Source: the human T2T-CHM13v2.0 reference genome, Homo sapiens
Strand: one strand, 5' to 3'
DNA: 64,000 nucleotides
Assembly (NCBI RefSeq): GCF_009914755.1
Contig: NC_060927.1
The position numbers and the translations under genes are program-made. The notes under the pieces were generated by a model, which made no database searches, was not told where the DNA came from, and worked only from the letters and a program-made list of their open reading frames with translations. Positions 1-13,818 of this stretch are shown here, one piece after another (within the stretch, counting starts at the first letter, position 1; every line of letters begins with the position of its first letter).

Positions 1-1673
1 TGTGGGCTGATTTTCCAACAAGGTTTGAAGTTGCTGTCTTTTAGATGCCCTATTTTATTTTATTCTATTTTATGTCCTTGGGGGCTTAGTTGTGGTATAA
101 GGTGGATTCGGTCAACTGGCTTTGTTTCTGGAAGATTTTAGGAGACTGAGCCTCAGCTCAGAACTCCTGGACTGCCTGTTCTTACTCTGGGGGACTGGTA
201 TTGGGCCCTGGCTTTGTTTTTTGACTCCTCAAGGTTGGTATAACCTGCTGCGCTGGAGAGGGAGAGGTGCAACAGGACCACTGGTCACAACACTTAGATG
301 GGTGGTGCCAGACAAAGCACTTCATAGGGCAGTAGCAGTGGGATATGTTATTGTTCACACATGCCAGCAGCAGTGGCAGCAGCAGCATGGCAGGGTGCAC
401 CCTCATTGGCTGTGACAGGGTGCTAGCAGGTGATGTGGTGCCAGCCTCTGTGTGGGCATTTGCAGCAGTGTTGGTGGCAACACGGGTCAGGGGCGGCTCC
501 ACCTCCACCTCACCAGCTACTGTGCATGGTCATGTTAGCATGAGGGTGGGGCGCTGGTGGGCACAGGCCTCTGTGTGACCTCTGCTGTGCGCCCTCTGTG
601 TGCATTCATGTGGGTGGTAGTGGCTACTCAGAGCAGAGTTGGGTCTGCTGCTTTCCATGCCTAGTTTCGTGCTGGTAGCAGTGTGACGGCAGGGGTGGGG
701 CACTGCCAGGGACAGGGCTGGTGCTCTCTATGCCCACCAATAGTCCCACAGCAATGGCGGTAGGGTAGGTTGGGGGTTCATTCATGCTGGCAGCAGTGGC
801 ATAGCAGGGTGCGTGCTACAGGCATGCTGGTGGGGAAGGTAAGGCAAGGTCTGCCTGCATACACACGTGCCAGCAAAGTGATGTGGGGGGTGGCCGTGGG
901 CGAGTGCATGCAGGCAAAGTGGTATGAGAGAGGCTGCATTGTGGGGAGGGCGCAGGCAGGCTGGTGTGTCTGTAGGGGCTGCTCTACTGGAGCTGTCCAC
1001 AGTTCAGCCATAATTCACCAGCACAGGAGCTATGATGCAGGCTCTCAGGAGTTGTCCCCTCTGGGTACCCCAGGCTGCACTGCAAGCAAGTGCAGCCAGG
1101 CTGGGATCCTGGAAAAGGCCAACATACCGAGGGGTGTTCAGGCCAGACTGGTCCCGTCTCATGGGCAAGACCGCCCTGCAGAATTCAGATCCGACACTTT
1201 CTCTAGGGTTAAAGTCTCTTATGGGAGCAAGTGGAGCCAAGGGGATGTGCTTTCCTGGCTGTGCTCCACTACAGACACTCCTGCGCCAAATCCTCTGGGC
1301 TCCATACCAGGCTGGAGTTCTGCCCCTACCACTTCTCCAAGCAGTTCTCCCTGCCAACTGAAGTGTCTGTGGTAGTCATGGGGTCTCCTCCTGCCAGGAT
1401 TCCAGAGGCCTGTAGTAAGAGCAGGTTGCTCCTTGCCTGTTCAACTCACCCTTTCCCCAACAGTCATTCAGGGCCAGGAATAAGTCCCCATACATGGTAG
1501 CCCCATGCAGAGTTCCCAGCTTCTTCCCCTTCAGCCCAGCATCTGTGTCTTCCCTCCATCTACTCTCAATGTCTTCCCTCTGAATATCTGCTAGGAGTGC
1601 ACCAGTATTCCATATGTCCCAGTCCCTTGGTGCCAGATGTTCCTCCTGGTTGTGTCTAGCTGACCATCTTGCC
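1..1673 (-). mobile_element. Old primate L1 5'UTR region (L1PA15-16/L1PREC2-like), antisense to GRM7
   Basis: The reverse complement begins ggcaagatggtcagctagacacaaccaggaggaacatct, a typical L1 5' end with a YY1-like core. GC-rich, CpG-depleted sequence grades into T-rich L1-like sequence at the window start. Confidence 0.7.
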
Positions 1674-2274
1674 TACCTCTCCACATCTGCTTTCATTTCC
1701 TAGCTTCCAGGGTGTCCTGGCATCCTCTCTATGGATCTTCCAGTACCTGCGGTACTTCCAGTACAGGGCCACAAAGACTACACCAGAGTTACCTCGGGTC
1801 TCCTAGAGAGAGCAAATATCTTTAAAGCAGATTGCATTACACCTTCCTGCTATAGAGTTGAGAGTCAATGAATGTTGCATTACTAGTTTGCTTTGAATAA
1901 TTCTATTTTCATTGGACCTATATGCATCTTTCTCAATAAAGGTTGTATTTACCAGTTGGTAGAAGAACAGATATTCAAAGTTACATTTCAAATCACTTGT
2001 ACACCCCTTAGCAGGCACATTTTCTGTGCAAAGAGGGCAGCTAGATTTTTGTAATTTCTTCCCCAAGGACTAGGGACACATTCAAACACATGCTATGTTA
2101 GCAGGGTTTCAGAAATGATATAGCCCAACAACCTCCCTACTTCCATCTAATGTTCTAGCTATCTCTGGACATATTTGGAATGGAAACCTTTCAGTTCAAC
2201 TTTTGATCTGACTTGACTTTAAGGTAATTGTAGAAATCTGAAGAATGTCTTTATGTAATTTGCTTATTTGAAAA

Positions 2275-2412
2275 TGCATATAATGCCTACTATATGCCAG
2301 GTTCATTTCTAAGAACTTTATTCATTATAATTCATAATAATTCTCTAAGTTGGATAATATTATTATCCACATCTTGCCCCTGAGTGGCAGTGACAAATGT
2401 TAAATAACTTTG
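2275..2412 (-). mobile_element. MIR fragment
   Basis: cctactatatgccagg...ttctaagaacttta...attattatccacat...gttaaataacttt matches the reverse MIR core. Confidence 0.6.
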
Positions 2413-4487
2413 TTTTCCTGTCATAGGGAAAGCAATTCTGTCTCATGACCTTGAGAGAGGACTGTAAGTGATGTCACAGTTCTGTCATCCAGAGGTGTTT
2501 GGTCCCAAGAGAAAGCAGCAATGCTTAATTTAAAATTTCATCCACAAAAATGCAAGCAAAGGAAATGGAGAGAGAATAGTTTGAGCTGAAGATTCTACCA
2601 AGTCTGGTGCTGTGCAGAATGAATGTGGGGAGGGTGGACAGAGATTAAAGAGTATGAGGGGAGCCTGTCCTCTTATTTGTTTCCCATCCTGTTAGGGCTG
2701 CACTTTGCTCTGCTATTGCAGTACAAAACATGACAGGCCACCTTTCTTTGTTCCTTTCTAAGTAGCCTCAACCCTCTTCTTTTTCAGTTTCCACAAATGG
2801 CCCTGCTGAGGAAATGCACATCTTTTGATGGCATAATCTTCTTAATCCTCCTAAGTGTCCTGGGAGGCCTGGTGGGGTTACACGGAAGGGTACCCAGCCA
2901 TCTGATGCTTCTTTGAGAGCTCAGCAAGACTGTGGTCAGTGCTGGGCACAGGCAGTGTCTTAATCCCGATTTCAGGGGAGATGTATGAGCCTGTGAGTCC
3001 CCGGTGCATCTCTACAACAATGAAGTAGAAAAGTGGGTTAAAGGAACAGAAGAGAGCAAGAGAGAGAAAACCTCTGATATTTCTCACCATGATGAAATGA
3101 ACAAATGAAGGTACAATAATACAGTAGGGGTAAAAAATACTAGTTCATTGTTCAAGGGAAAAAAAAATCCCAAGTACAGGTTCAAGCCAGTGCTATTAAA
3201 ACCCACTTTTTATGGCTAGAAATTGGATTCAGTATAGTAAAGTGTTACTGTTCAAAAGAAAGCATTGAGTTTGAATATACCATGCTTGACAGTCACCTAA
3301 ATTACTGCATGAAATTACAAGAGCTGGTCCTGAAACGTAAAATCACGTCATGGTATGTGGAGTTACTCAGCGTAGGTAGAGGTTGCTGGAAATTGCTTTT
3401 TACAAGGCCACTCAAGTGACATCAGAAAGAACTGTTTGTGTGTGACCAGAGTTGTACCCAGAAATTACATGCAACAAACAAATCTCTGTGAATGAGCAGT
3501 GCCTGAATACTGTTATCACTCACCCTTGAAAACCTTATATAGGGAAAACAAAATGCCTTTTTTTTTAACCAAACAAAATGTTTTCTCTTTTATTTTTCAA
3601 CTCGGCAAAGCATTCAGCTCACAATTTTTGATATAAATTTACTATAACCCAGAAAAACATTTATTTTATGGCATTCCAAACAGAAACTGGGCATTGTATC
3701 AAATTTTGAGTTGCTGAATGTACTTGAACCTAAACTTACAAAATCACATTTGCTTTTTAAATTTGGATAATTCATATTTTTCAACAGGTTTCTGGTTTTC
3801 TACCAAGTATTCTCAAATAAGTTTTACTCTGTATTTAAATGTAACTTTAACTTATTTCACATCCACTGAACTTGCCCTTTGACTTCAGGGTTGGAAGGAG
3901 ACCTCTTAGCGTCTTAAAGGGCCATTTATCTTAATTTGCAACAGTGGTTGGCAGTTTTCCTTACAAAGTAAAGATAATTGCTGATCTTCCTATCTGGTGC
4001 TTTTGTATGTTGTTTTGAAGAAACTTACCATAACTATTTCTGTGTATTTGGAATTTGTAGTTAACTATTTTTTTGAGTCAAAAACACAGAAGAAGGTGGA
4101 AATTGCTTCTCTGTAGAAAATCGAAGTTCACTGATTGATACTGATTACAGGAAATCAAAAGCTCCAAGTAGAAAGTGTTATATATTTTGGCAACTATTGA
4201 TTAGGCCCAACTCACTGTCTTTGGTTTGCAAGAACAGAAAGCTGAAGATATGTGAACAAGGATCTCCAATAACAAAAAGGCTAATAAGAAAAAGCATTTT
4301 TCCTAGTGAAATCACATAGTTGTTACCCCAAGACCCTCTTGAAACTGTTGTTTTATTGGAATGAATTAATGAGAAAGTTGTAGCAATTGGTATTCTAATC
4401 AGGAGTTGGGAAGCAGGGATTAGAATTGTACCTTTGTGAGGGCTTAGTTTTGGAGACTCAGGGAAAGAATAGAGAACAGAGTAGAGG

Positions 4488-4909
4488 TTTTACTGAAACA
4501 CCGGGGGTTGGGTCTAGGTCCTGCTGCTTGCAGCCCGGAGTGCCAATCACTGAGATGAGTATAACCAGGGAAGAAGGCTTTCATCGGGTGCTGATGCTAA
4601 GGTTAGGAGATAAAGTCTCGAATCCATCTTTCCCACTGAGTAAAATTGGGGATTTTATATAGCGGGGAAAGACGGAAAACGGGCAATAGGGAGGGATGAG
4701 AAAGGAATCATGAGGGATGAGGGGCTGGTGTCTCATTGTCTGGATGCAACAACATGGTGAGTTTTGGCTCTTTGCCTGAGGGTTGGTTTCCTGAGGAGGA
4801 ACTCAGATGTGACAAATCTAAGTTTCTAGTTTTAAGACAGAGTCAAATTCTATTTTTTTTTTCAGGAGCCCAGAAATCTGATTTCCATGGGATAATTGGT
4901 TCAGTTTCA
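4488..4909 (-). mobile_element. ERV1 solo LTR (MER31-like)
   Basis: tactgaaacaccgggggttgggtctaggtcctgctgc ... ggttcagtttca resembles a reverse MER31 LTR and ends in CA. Confidence 0.65.
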
Positions 4910-5177
4910 GAAGGCCCAGTTAGTGCCATTAGAAAGAAACGCACCTTGCTGCTCTGCACTGGTCACAGTAGAGAGAACCTATCAGGCCTCCGCATCTCAA
5001 TGCCCTCAGCACTCATTTAGAATAAAAGTCGTGTTCAAATATAATTTTTCAAGAAAGGGAAACCCGTGACTCCCATACAGATAGAAAATTAACATGCTAA
5101 AATGTTTATTTAACTAATTATTAATAAAGGAATCAGATGTTAAAACTGGTTCAGAGAGAATCCAAAGGGGAGACACA

Positions 5178-5421
5178 GCTGGGTGAGGTGGCTTATGCCT
5201 GTAATCCCAGCACTTCGGTGGGCCAAGGAGAGAGGATCTCTACAAAAAACTTAAAAAAAAAAAATAGACGAGTGTGTTGATGTGCATCTGTGGTCCCAGC
5301 TCCTCGTGAAGCTGAGGTGGAAGGATTAGTTGAGTCCAGGTGGTCAAGGCTGCAGTGAGCCATGATTGAGCCACTGCACTCCAGCCTGGGTGACTGAGCA
5401 AGACCCTGTCTTAAAAAAAAA
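5178..5421 (+). mobile_element. AluJ with an internal left-arm deletion
   Basis: gctgggtgaggtggcttatgcctgtaatcccagc; ggatc is joined directly to tctacaaaaaa; J-type ggtcaaggctgcagtgagccatgat and agaccctgtc; A tail; gacaca on both flanks. Confidence 0.9.
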
Positions 5422-5468
5422 GGACACATTTATAGATCAGGAATATTGAAATAAACTCACAATGGATG

Positions 5469-5892
5469 TGTCAATAGATAAAATTACAACAAAATTAGTT
5501 TTAAGATCTAACTGACCTTCATTTGCTACTCCAGAATCAGGGAACACCTCATTCTGTTTTATTCTGATGAGCTGAGCAGAGAAGCTGGGCTTTGTAGAGA
5601 GAAAAGGGCCTAGAAAAGCAGAAACAGTGAACAAAAAGAGGATTGGTTGTTTCAGATTTCCCGTCCTAATAGGGTTAAAACAGAAGGGACTTACCATGCT
5701 GGCTAAAACTGGCCAATTTGGGGATTTGGTAATCTCTGTTTCTCTCCTCATTTCTTGGAAGATCAGATAAATAACTTAGTTTTGGCTTAGTGACTTGGAA
5801 CTTCAGCATGAAGTGCTGTTTTGGTTTGATTTGGTGGACCGAGTCCAGGAGCTCAGTCCAAACCAATGGCCTCCTATAAGTTTCATTTAACA
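5469..5892 (-). mobile_element. ERV1 solo LTR (LTR54/MER57-like)
   Basis: TG...CA termini (tgtcaat...tttaaca) with a 4-bp near-TSD gatg/gata. The reverse begins tgttaaatgaaacttataggaggccattggtttggactgagctcc. Confidence 0.7.
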
Positions 5893-6330
5893 GATATAGA
5901 ATTGTTTTGGGGAGGGAGAGCGTAGTCAGTAGACCCTCCATCAGACAGAATGTGTTTGCATGTCTTTAGACAAGAATAATTTCCCTTTGCTGTCCGTGAT
6001 CTACAATTACAGAGTTATAAAATAGCTCAAGGGCAATAAAAAAACAGAGACCCACAGAATCAGAACCACATGACCTGGAAGGCTGTGCTCAAAGCAAGGC
6101 ATGCTTTTCCATCGAAGCACTGTTTTGCCTATCATTATCTGGTGGGAATCCATAATTTGTTCTGCCCCTGAAAACAAATATATAATTTCACAGATACCCT
6201 TTCCAATGTGAGCAGACGAAATTTAAACAAGAAAGCCAAAGTGGTCACTCTCTTGTTCTTTCCTGCCTGAACCATCATCAGAGAAATTCCACCTGAACTA
6301 TGACCTCACTATCTCTTACTTTCCAAACTG

Positions 6331-6508
6331 AGTGGTGCTCAAGCAACCCTTGCTACACATTAGAATTGCCTGGAGAGGTTTAAAATATTCTGATGCCTGA
6401 ACCCCCCCCAGAGAGCATGTTTAATTGCTCTGGGTTGGCTTCCTGCATCTTAATTTTTCAGAGCTCCCCTGGTGATTCTAATATGCAGCCAAGGGTGAGA
6501 ACTATTAC
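6331..6508. mobile_element. MER5-family hAT-Charlie DNA element
   Basis: agtggtgctcaa...cacattagaattgcctggag...ggtgattctaatatgcagccaagggtgagaac. Confidence 0.75.
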
Positions 6509-6927
6509 TCTGAAGGGCCATGTACTACCTCCCAGCTACGCCTCCTCTGATGATTTTTAGCAAAGGCTGCAAAACCAAAGGCCTTAGGGTGCCAGGCTGG
6601 TGATGTACATGCATGAAGATTCTGCTCCTTCTAGTCATTCAAATTAAAGTTTATTTTTCTGCTGGGTAAGGAAGACAGGACTATGAGCAAATCCAGTCTC
6701 TGGACTTTCATTTGGCAACTGTCATTTTGAAGGCTATCTGGTGTTATTTTCTTCTCTTATATTTGTCTCACTCTTTGACTCTGAGGGCTTCTGCAGCTCC
6801 CCCTTTCCCTACTGGCATTTTTACTCCTGCTGTTTTCTTAACTAGAAACACCTTTTCACCTCTGTCATTCTAACTCTCCCTGTCCCCTAATCTTTTGTGT
6901 TTTAATTCCTACACTTCCTTTAGATTA

Positions 6928-7118
6928 ATATCTCTCAAACTTTAGCATGCATCAGAATCACATGGAAGGCTTGTTAATACACCTATTGCTAGGTCCCACG
7001 CCCAGAGTTTCTGACTCAGTAGATGTTGGAGAAAGGCCATAGCATTTACATTTCTAAGATGTTCTCTTGGGATGCTGATGCTGCTGATCTGGGAAAGCCA
7101 CACTTTGAGAACCAATGC
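6928..7118. mobile_element. MER5A
   Basis: tctcaaactttagcatgcatcagaatcac...gatgctgatgctgctgatctgg...cacactttgagaacca. Confidence 0.85.
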
Positions 7119-7269
7119 TTTAAATCTTAGCATGTCGTCATTTCTTTCTTGAAGCACGTCTGTGTTCTCTTTCCAGTTTTTTATCACACCAGGGACCTCT
7201 GATCTGTGCACTTATGTTAACACTTACATGTTTGATGGTTTTGATAACTGACTAGTGCTCCACTAGAGT

Positions 7270-7395
7270 CTAGCTAGACTGTAACTTCATTGAGGACAAA
7301 GATTTTCTGTCTTTTGTATACCATAGTATCTTTAGTATATGGTATTGATGATGGGCCATAAGTATTGAATAGTCGATAAACTTTTTCTTGTTAAG
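7270..7395 (+). mobile_element. L2 3'-end fragment
   Basis: tagactgtaacttcattgaggacaaagatttt...gtatct; degenerate L2 tail. Confidence 0.5.
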
Positions 7396-7608
7396 CATTC
7401 ATCTGAAAATGTATAGTTTTTTTTAGCCTTTCTCCCTTTTCTTTGAATTATTATTATTTTTTCTCAATATTGAATGTATTATGTTGCTTTTTACTATCCA
7501 GGGATCTTCTCCATGATACCTTAGATTGGCTTTAAAAATGGCTTCCTGTCCCAGTTACATATTCTCATCCTCAAAGTGTAGTTTGAAGACCAGCAGCTTC
7601 AGCATAAC

Positions 7609-8194
7609 TGTAAACAAACGCAGTTACGGATGCTCGCCACTTGCAGAGCCCATTAACAAGAGCCAGATTTAGTAGAAAGAAAATGACTTTATTAATCAAA
7701 AGTAGTGAAGAGGAAATGGTCAATTTCTATCCAAAGTAACCACTTCGATTTTGGAGGTGGAAGTCGGTGGTTTAAAAAGGGAAAACTTGAAGAGAAAGGC
7801 ATACCAGAATCGGGCTGAATACAATGTGTCTTCTGGTAGCTATTTTGGTCCCAGTCCACCTGGATCTTGGGCTGGTGTTATCTCAACAATGACCTAGTTG
7901 TTAACTAGCTGCCTTGAAGTAATCTCTGGAATTTTGCAGCCAGGTCTCTAGACTTGGCTGTCTGTCTCAAGATTAGCCCTTGAAACTTCTAAGACGACAC
8001 ATAATTAGATACTAGTACACAGTTAAAGAAATGCGAAGGCAGTATGTATGGTGAGAAAAGGAGGGACATGAAGTCTATTTTTAAGCTAAGAATAAAGGCT
8101 TCTGCAGTTTGCCTCAAGGTTATATGTTGAAACCCAACAGAAAGAGGAAAAAAAAGTTTTAAAATGCAGTTTGAAGTTAAGCTGCTTGGTTACA
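7609..8194 (-). mobile_element. ERV1 solo LTR, 586 bp (subfamily uncertain, LTR29/LTR49-like)
   Basis: Inverted termini tgtaaac...ggttaca, perfect 4-bp TSD taac (7605-7608 and 8195-8198), and AATAAA on the minus strand near 7690. Confidence 0.85.
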
Positions 8195-8226
8195 TAACCT
8201 GGAACTCGTTAGAAATGCAGAATCTC

Positions 8227-8572
<346 letters not shown>

Positions 8573-9399
8573 TCAGAACCTGGATTTTAACAAGGTCCCT
8601 AGCTGATTCCTCTGCATTTTAAAGTTCAATAAAAACTCCTCTCTTTGTCAGCCTAAATGGGTCCTCAGGCTGATATCTTTGGATTAAAAACAATAATAGG
8701 AAGAAAAGAAAATACAAAACCAAAGCCACTTGAGAAAGCTGCTTCCTGTTTCCTCAAGCAAGTACTTCTCAACTGAGTGACTATTGAATCTATCAACACA
8801 TTTGTGTTGCACTCTTGACAGCTGATAACTGCTTAGTGTGCCCTTTCTCTAAGATCCGTGTTTCTGTTTTAACGGGGTCTTTCTAAGCCCAGTCTGAAAG
8901 AATTAAGGAAACAGAAATCTGAAACATTGTGACAGATTCTTGGAGGAAAAGGCCTATCAGGAGGCTTCAAATCGTACACATATTTTATTGAAAAAAAATC
9001 CATTTCTGCGTGGTTAAGATACAATTATATTTTTACTTTTCAACTTCATCTTACTTCTCAGTTGCTATCTTTTTGGTCCTTCTATTACATGTTTTTCCTC
9101 TCTCCCTCCGTAACCCCACCCCTTCTTTATGTCATGTTCTTTGACATTTTTACAGCCTTATTTTGTAATATATACTATCTCTTTTGGGCTCTCACCTGCC
9201 ATACAATGCAGGTAAAAGAATATGCATGCTCATTTTCCACAAGAGTAACTGAGGCTTATAACACTCAATTTAGTGATCTTTTTTCTATAAATAAAGAGTT
9301 TAACCTCCCTATGAGTCAGTGCTGAGTATGTGTCATGAGTTAATATATGGAATACATGGGAAACAGGAATACGTGTTTTAGGTGATTGTTTGCAGAAAA

Positions 9400-12300
9400 T
9401 TACACATCATTGGTAAACCCATCTAGGCTTGGTGCTTTCTGTTTTGTAAGGCTATTAATTATTGTTTCAATTTCCTTAATGTGTACATATTCAAATTGTC
9501 CATTTCTTCTTGTGGGAGTTTTGGCAGATTGTGTCTTTCAAGGAGTTGGTAGATTCCCCTTATGTTATTAAATTTCTAGGCACAGAGTTGTTCATAGAAT
9601 TTCTCTATTATTATTTGAATGTTCTTGGGATTCGTAGTGATGTGCTCTTTTTTATATCTGATACTAGCAATTTCTGTTCTTTGTCTTTTTTTTTCTTAGT
9701 CAGTTAGAGGTTAATTAATTTTGTTTATCTTTTCAAAGAACCAGCTCTTGGTTTTGTTGCTTTTTCTCTAGCAATGATATGTTTTCAATTTCATTGATTT
9801 CTGCTCTAATTTTTATTATTTTTCTCTTCTATGTACTTTGGAATTAATTGCCTCTTTTTTTCTAGTTTCCTAGGATAAAATTTTAGATAATTGCTTTTAG
9901 ATTTTTATTTTTTTAATACATGCATTAAATGCTGTTAACGTTCCTCTATGGACTGTGTTAGCTTCATCCCACAAATTTTGATAAGTTGTGTTTTCATTTT
10001 CATTTATGTCAAAATATGTTTAAGTTTCTCCTGAGATTTCTCCTTTGACCCATGTGTTATTTGGAAGTGTGTTATATGATATCCATGTATGTTGGTATTT
10101 TCCAGCTATTTTTCTGTTATTGATTTCAAGTTTGATTCTATTGTGGTCTAAATACACAGACAGACATTGTATGATTTCTATTTTAAAATAATGTGTTGAG
10201 ATGTGTTTTATGGCCCAGAATATGATCTATTTTAGTTGAAGTCCTTTGTGAGCTTGAGAAGAATGTACATTTTGCTACTAACGAATAAAGTAGTCCACAG
10301 ATGCCGATTCTATGTAGTTGACTGTTGGCATTGTTGAGTTCAACTATGTCCTCACTAATTTTCTGCCTGCTAAATATGTCCATTTCTAATAGACAGCTAT
10401 TGAGATCTTCAGCTATAATTGGGAATTTACCTATCTCTACTTGTAGTTTTATCATTTTTTGCCTCACATAGATTGATACTCTGTTATTAGGTACATACAC
10501 ATTATGTATTGTTATGTCTTTATGGAGAGCTGATTCCTGTATCATGAAATACCCTTTTTGTCCTTGATAACTTTCCTTGCTCTGAAGTCTTTTCTGTCTT
10601 GAGATTAATATAGCTACTTCTTTTCTTTTGATTAGTGTTAGTATGGTATATCTTTCTTCATGGACTTTTTAATCTATACGAGTCTTTAAAGTGGGTTTTG
10701 TGTGTTTGTGTGTGTGTGCTTGTGTACAACATATAGTTGAATCTTGTTTTTTATCCATTCTGACAACCTCTGGCTTTTAGTTGGTACACTTAGACCATTG
10801 ATGTTTAAAGTGAATATTTATATAGTTGGAGTAATAGCTGCCATGCTTGCCACTGTTTTTTATTTGTTGCCCTTGTTTTTTATTCCTATTTTTATCTTCT
10901 TTTTTTGTCTTTTGTGGCTTTAATGGAACATTTTATATGATTCAATTTTCTTTATTAGTATATTGATTATATTATTTTTGCCTTTTACTTGGTTTTGGTC
11001 ATTGCCCTAGAATTTTCAAAATACATTTTCAACTAGTCCAAGTTGATTTTCAAATAACACTATTACTATCAATATTTCTTCATAGGTAGTGCAAGTACCT
11101 CATAGTATCAAAATAATTCTAATTCCTTCTTCTAGTCCCTTGTATCATTGTTGTCATTCATTTTACTTATACACAAGCATAAATAAACATTTGAATACAT
11201 TGTTGCTATTATTTTGAACTGTCATCTGTTAGATCAATAAAGAATAAGAAAAATAAAAGTTTTTATTTTACCTTCACTTTTAGTCCTTCTCCAGTGATCT
11301 TTTTTCCTCCATGTAGATATGAGTTTCTGACCTATATCACCTTTCTTCTCTCTAAAAAAACTTTTAACATTTTTTACAAGGCAGGCCTACTGGAAATAAA
11401 TTCCCTTAGTTTATTTTTATCTGAGAAAGTCTTCATTTGCCCTTCACTTTTGAAGAGTAATTTTACAGGTTATGAAATTCTAGGTTGATGGTTGATGTTT
11501 TATTTTTGTTTTTATCTCAACAAATTAAGTATTTAACTCCATGTTCTTCTTGCTTATATGGTTTCTGAGGAGAGATTGTCTGTAATTCTTATCATTATTT
11601 CTCTACAGGTACACTGTTTTTCACCCATGGATTCTTTCATAATTTACTATTTATTTTTAATTTTCTGTAGTTTGAAAATCGTATGTTTAGTTGTAGTTTT
11701 GTTGTTGTTGTTGTTTTGTATTGTCATTTTTTCTGGTTGGTGTTTAAGCTTCCTGAATCTGTGGTTTTGTGTCTGATATTAAATTGAGGAAATTCTCAAT
11801 AATTATATATTGTTTCAAATATTTCTTGTGTTCCTGTTTCTCTTTCTTCTCCTTCTGGTATTTGCATTATGTGTATATCATATCTACTGTAGTTTTCCTG
11901 TGATTCCTGGATATTCTATTTTGCTCTTCTCAGTCTATTTTTTCTGTTTGCTTTTCCATTTTGGAAGTCTCTATTGAGATATGCTTACGCTCAAATATTC
12001 TTTCCTCAGCCACTTCCAGTCTACTAGTGAGCCCATCAAAGGTATTCTTCATATCTAATATAGTGTTTTTGATCTTTAGCATAAAAATTCTTAAAATTCC
12101 CATCTCTCTATTTATATTACCCATCTGTTATATATGCTGTTTACCTTATCCATTAGCACCTTCAGTTAATTATAGCTGTTTTAAATACGTGCTTCAATAA
12201 TTCCAACATCAATGAAATACCTGAGTCTGGTTCTGATAGTCACTCTGTGTCTTCAGACTGTGTTTTCTGCTTTTCAGTTTGTCTTATAATTCTTTCTCCT

Positions 12301-13110
12301 GATAGCTAGGCATGATGTACCTGCTAAGAGAAACAGCTGTAAATAGGCCTTTACTAATATGTTGGTAAGGTGTGAGGGGAGGGAAAGAATTTTATAATCC
12401 TATGATTATGTCTCAGTTTTTCAGGAAGCCTGTGCCTCTGCACTGTGAACTTCATGCATACCTCTCCATTATCTCCTGCCCTTCCTCATTAAGTAGAAGA
12501 TGACTAGCCTGAGCTACAGTTGGGTATTTCCCAAGGCTAGAGCTGGCGGTAGTTGGGGATTTTCCTTCCCCAACTAGGTGAGGTAGGTTCTAATAAAACC
12601 CCGGCAAGTTAGGTTCTGTTTAGATAGTTTCTTCTGAGAATAGATTTAAGAGTAACAGAATGCTCTAGTGGTATTTCCAAATGGTTCCTTTCCCCCACTC
12701 CCAGATGGAGACATGAGGGGATTTTTCTCACATATATTCACTGTAAGAACCAAACAGAGCTCCAGAAGGTAAAACCCACAAAGGTAGGGGCTGTGTGGGC
12801 ATATAGCAAGGCCCCCCTGAGTGTCTGTCTCTCAGATTTATCCACACTGACCCTCCAGCAATTCAGTAATTACACTTCAGGTTTTCCTATCCCAGCATTG
12901 ATTCCCTCAGAAGGTTTAGCTCATGAGTTTTTGCTCTGGTAAGCTGTGATTCTCTGTATTCACCTGTTGGTCCCTCCATGTTAGGGGCAGCAGTTTGTCC
13001 CATGACCTTACTTCTTTATGGATCTAAAAAGAGCTGTTGGTATTTCATTATTCTTTTTTGTTTCAGTTTATAACTTGTTATTAGGATAGAATGAATGCTG
13101 GAGAAGAAAT
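9400..13110 (-). mobile_element. Ancient L1M (L1MC/MD-type) 5' half: ORF2 endonuclease remnant, ORF1 remnant and 5'UTR
   Basis: Minus ORF 10183-10545 (DITIHNVYVPNNR...TFFSSSQRTSTKIDHILGHK) is L1 ORF2 endonuclease-like. ORF 11930-12124 (MKNTFDGLTSRLEVAEERI) is ORF1 coiled-coil-like. Both are disrupted. Confidence 0.88.
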
Positions 13111-13138
13111 CAGAAAACTTAACCATTATTTTTTAAAT

Positions 13139-13201
<63 letters not shown>
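13139..13201. repeat. (TA)n(TG)~24 microsatellite
   Basis: Read directly from the sequence. Confidence 0.97.
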
Positions 13202-13202
<1 letters not shown>

Positions 13203-13682
13203 ATTGTCCTCTCAATGTAGAAACATTGCTTTGATCTAAGGTAAAATGAATGTTTTGATTTTAGTATTCCAAAGTCATGAATTCCATCCCCAATCTAGTT
13301 AATTGCAAAAGGCTAATTTGTTTTCTTTATCCCTTGATACCCTGATAAAATATGCAGCGGCCACTTAAAGAAGCATTGCATGGCGATCCTCCCTACCCCA
13401 GGAACTCTGTAAGGTACAAATTAGGAATTATTCTTCAGTTTACTTTCATTTCTAGCCTAGGATTTAGTACTATAGCATGCTTCATGATCTTAGATGAAAA
13501 TGGCGGTGGTGTCGATGACTAATATAAAAAATAAGGGATATACTTTTAAAATCCTAATTGTGAGGTTCCTTTTGGGTTATTTTTCAGATCATCCCAAACC
13601 AAGAATGATGTCAGATGATTACTAACTCATGTTTTCACCTAAGTGAAATATAGCCTTAGCATTTAGGGATCAGCAACTCCTG

Positions 13683-13818
13683 TTTCTTTCTGTTTCTTTC
13701 TCTCTTTCTCCCTTCCTTCCTTCCTTCCTTCCTCCCTCCCTCCCTCCCTCCCTCCCTTCCCTTCCCTTCCTTCCTTCCCTCCCTCCCTCCCTCCTCCCTT
13801 CCTTCCTTCCTTTCTTTT
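13683..13818. repeat. (CCTT)n/(CCCT)n polypyrimidine-polypurine tract
   Basis: About 130 nt of almost pure C/T. Confidence 0.95.

Noticed and set aside
122-1500. Cluster of overlapping ORFs up to 201 aa
   Set aside because: They lie in a GC-rich L1 5'UTR, where stop codons are rare. No recognisable protein or splice context.
10183-12124. Endonuclease-like and coiled-coil ORFs as a functional gene or system
   Set aside because: Fragmented remnants of ORF2 and ORF1 of an ancient L1.
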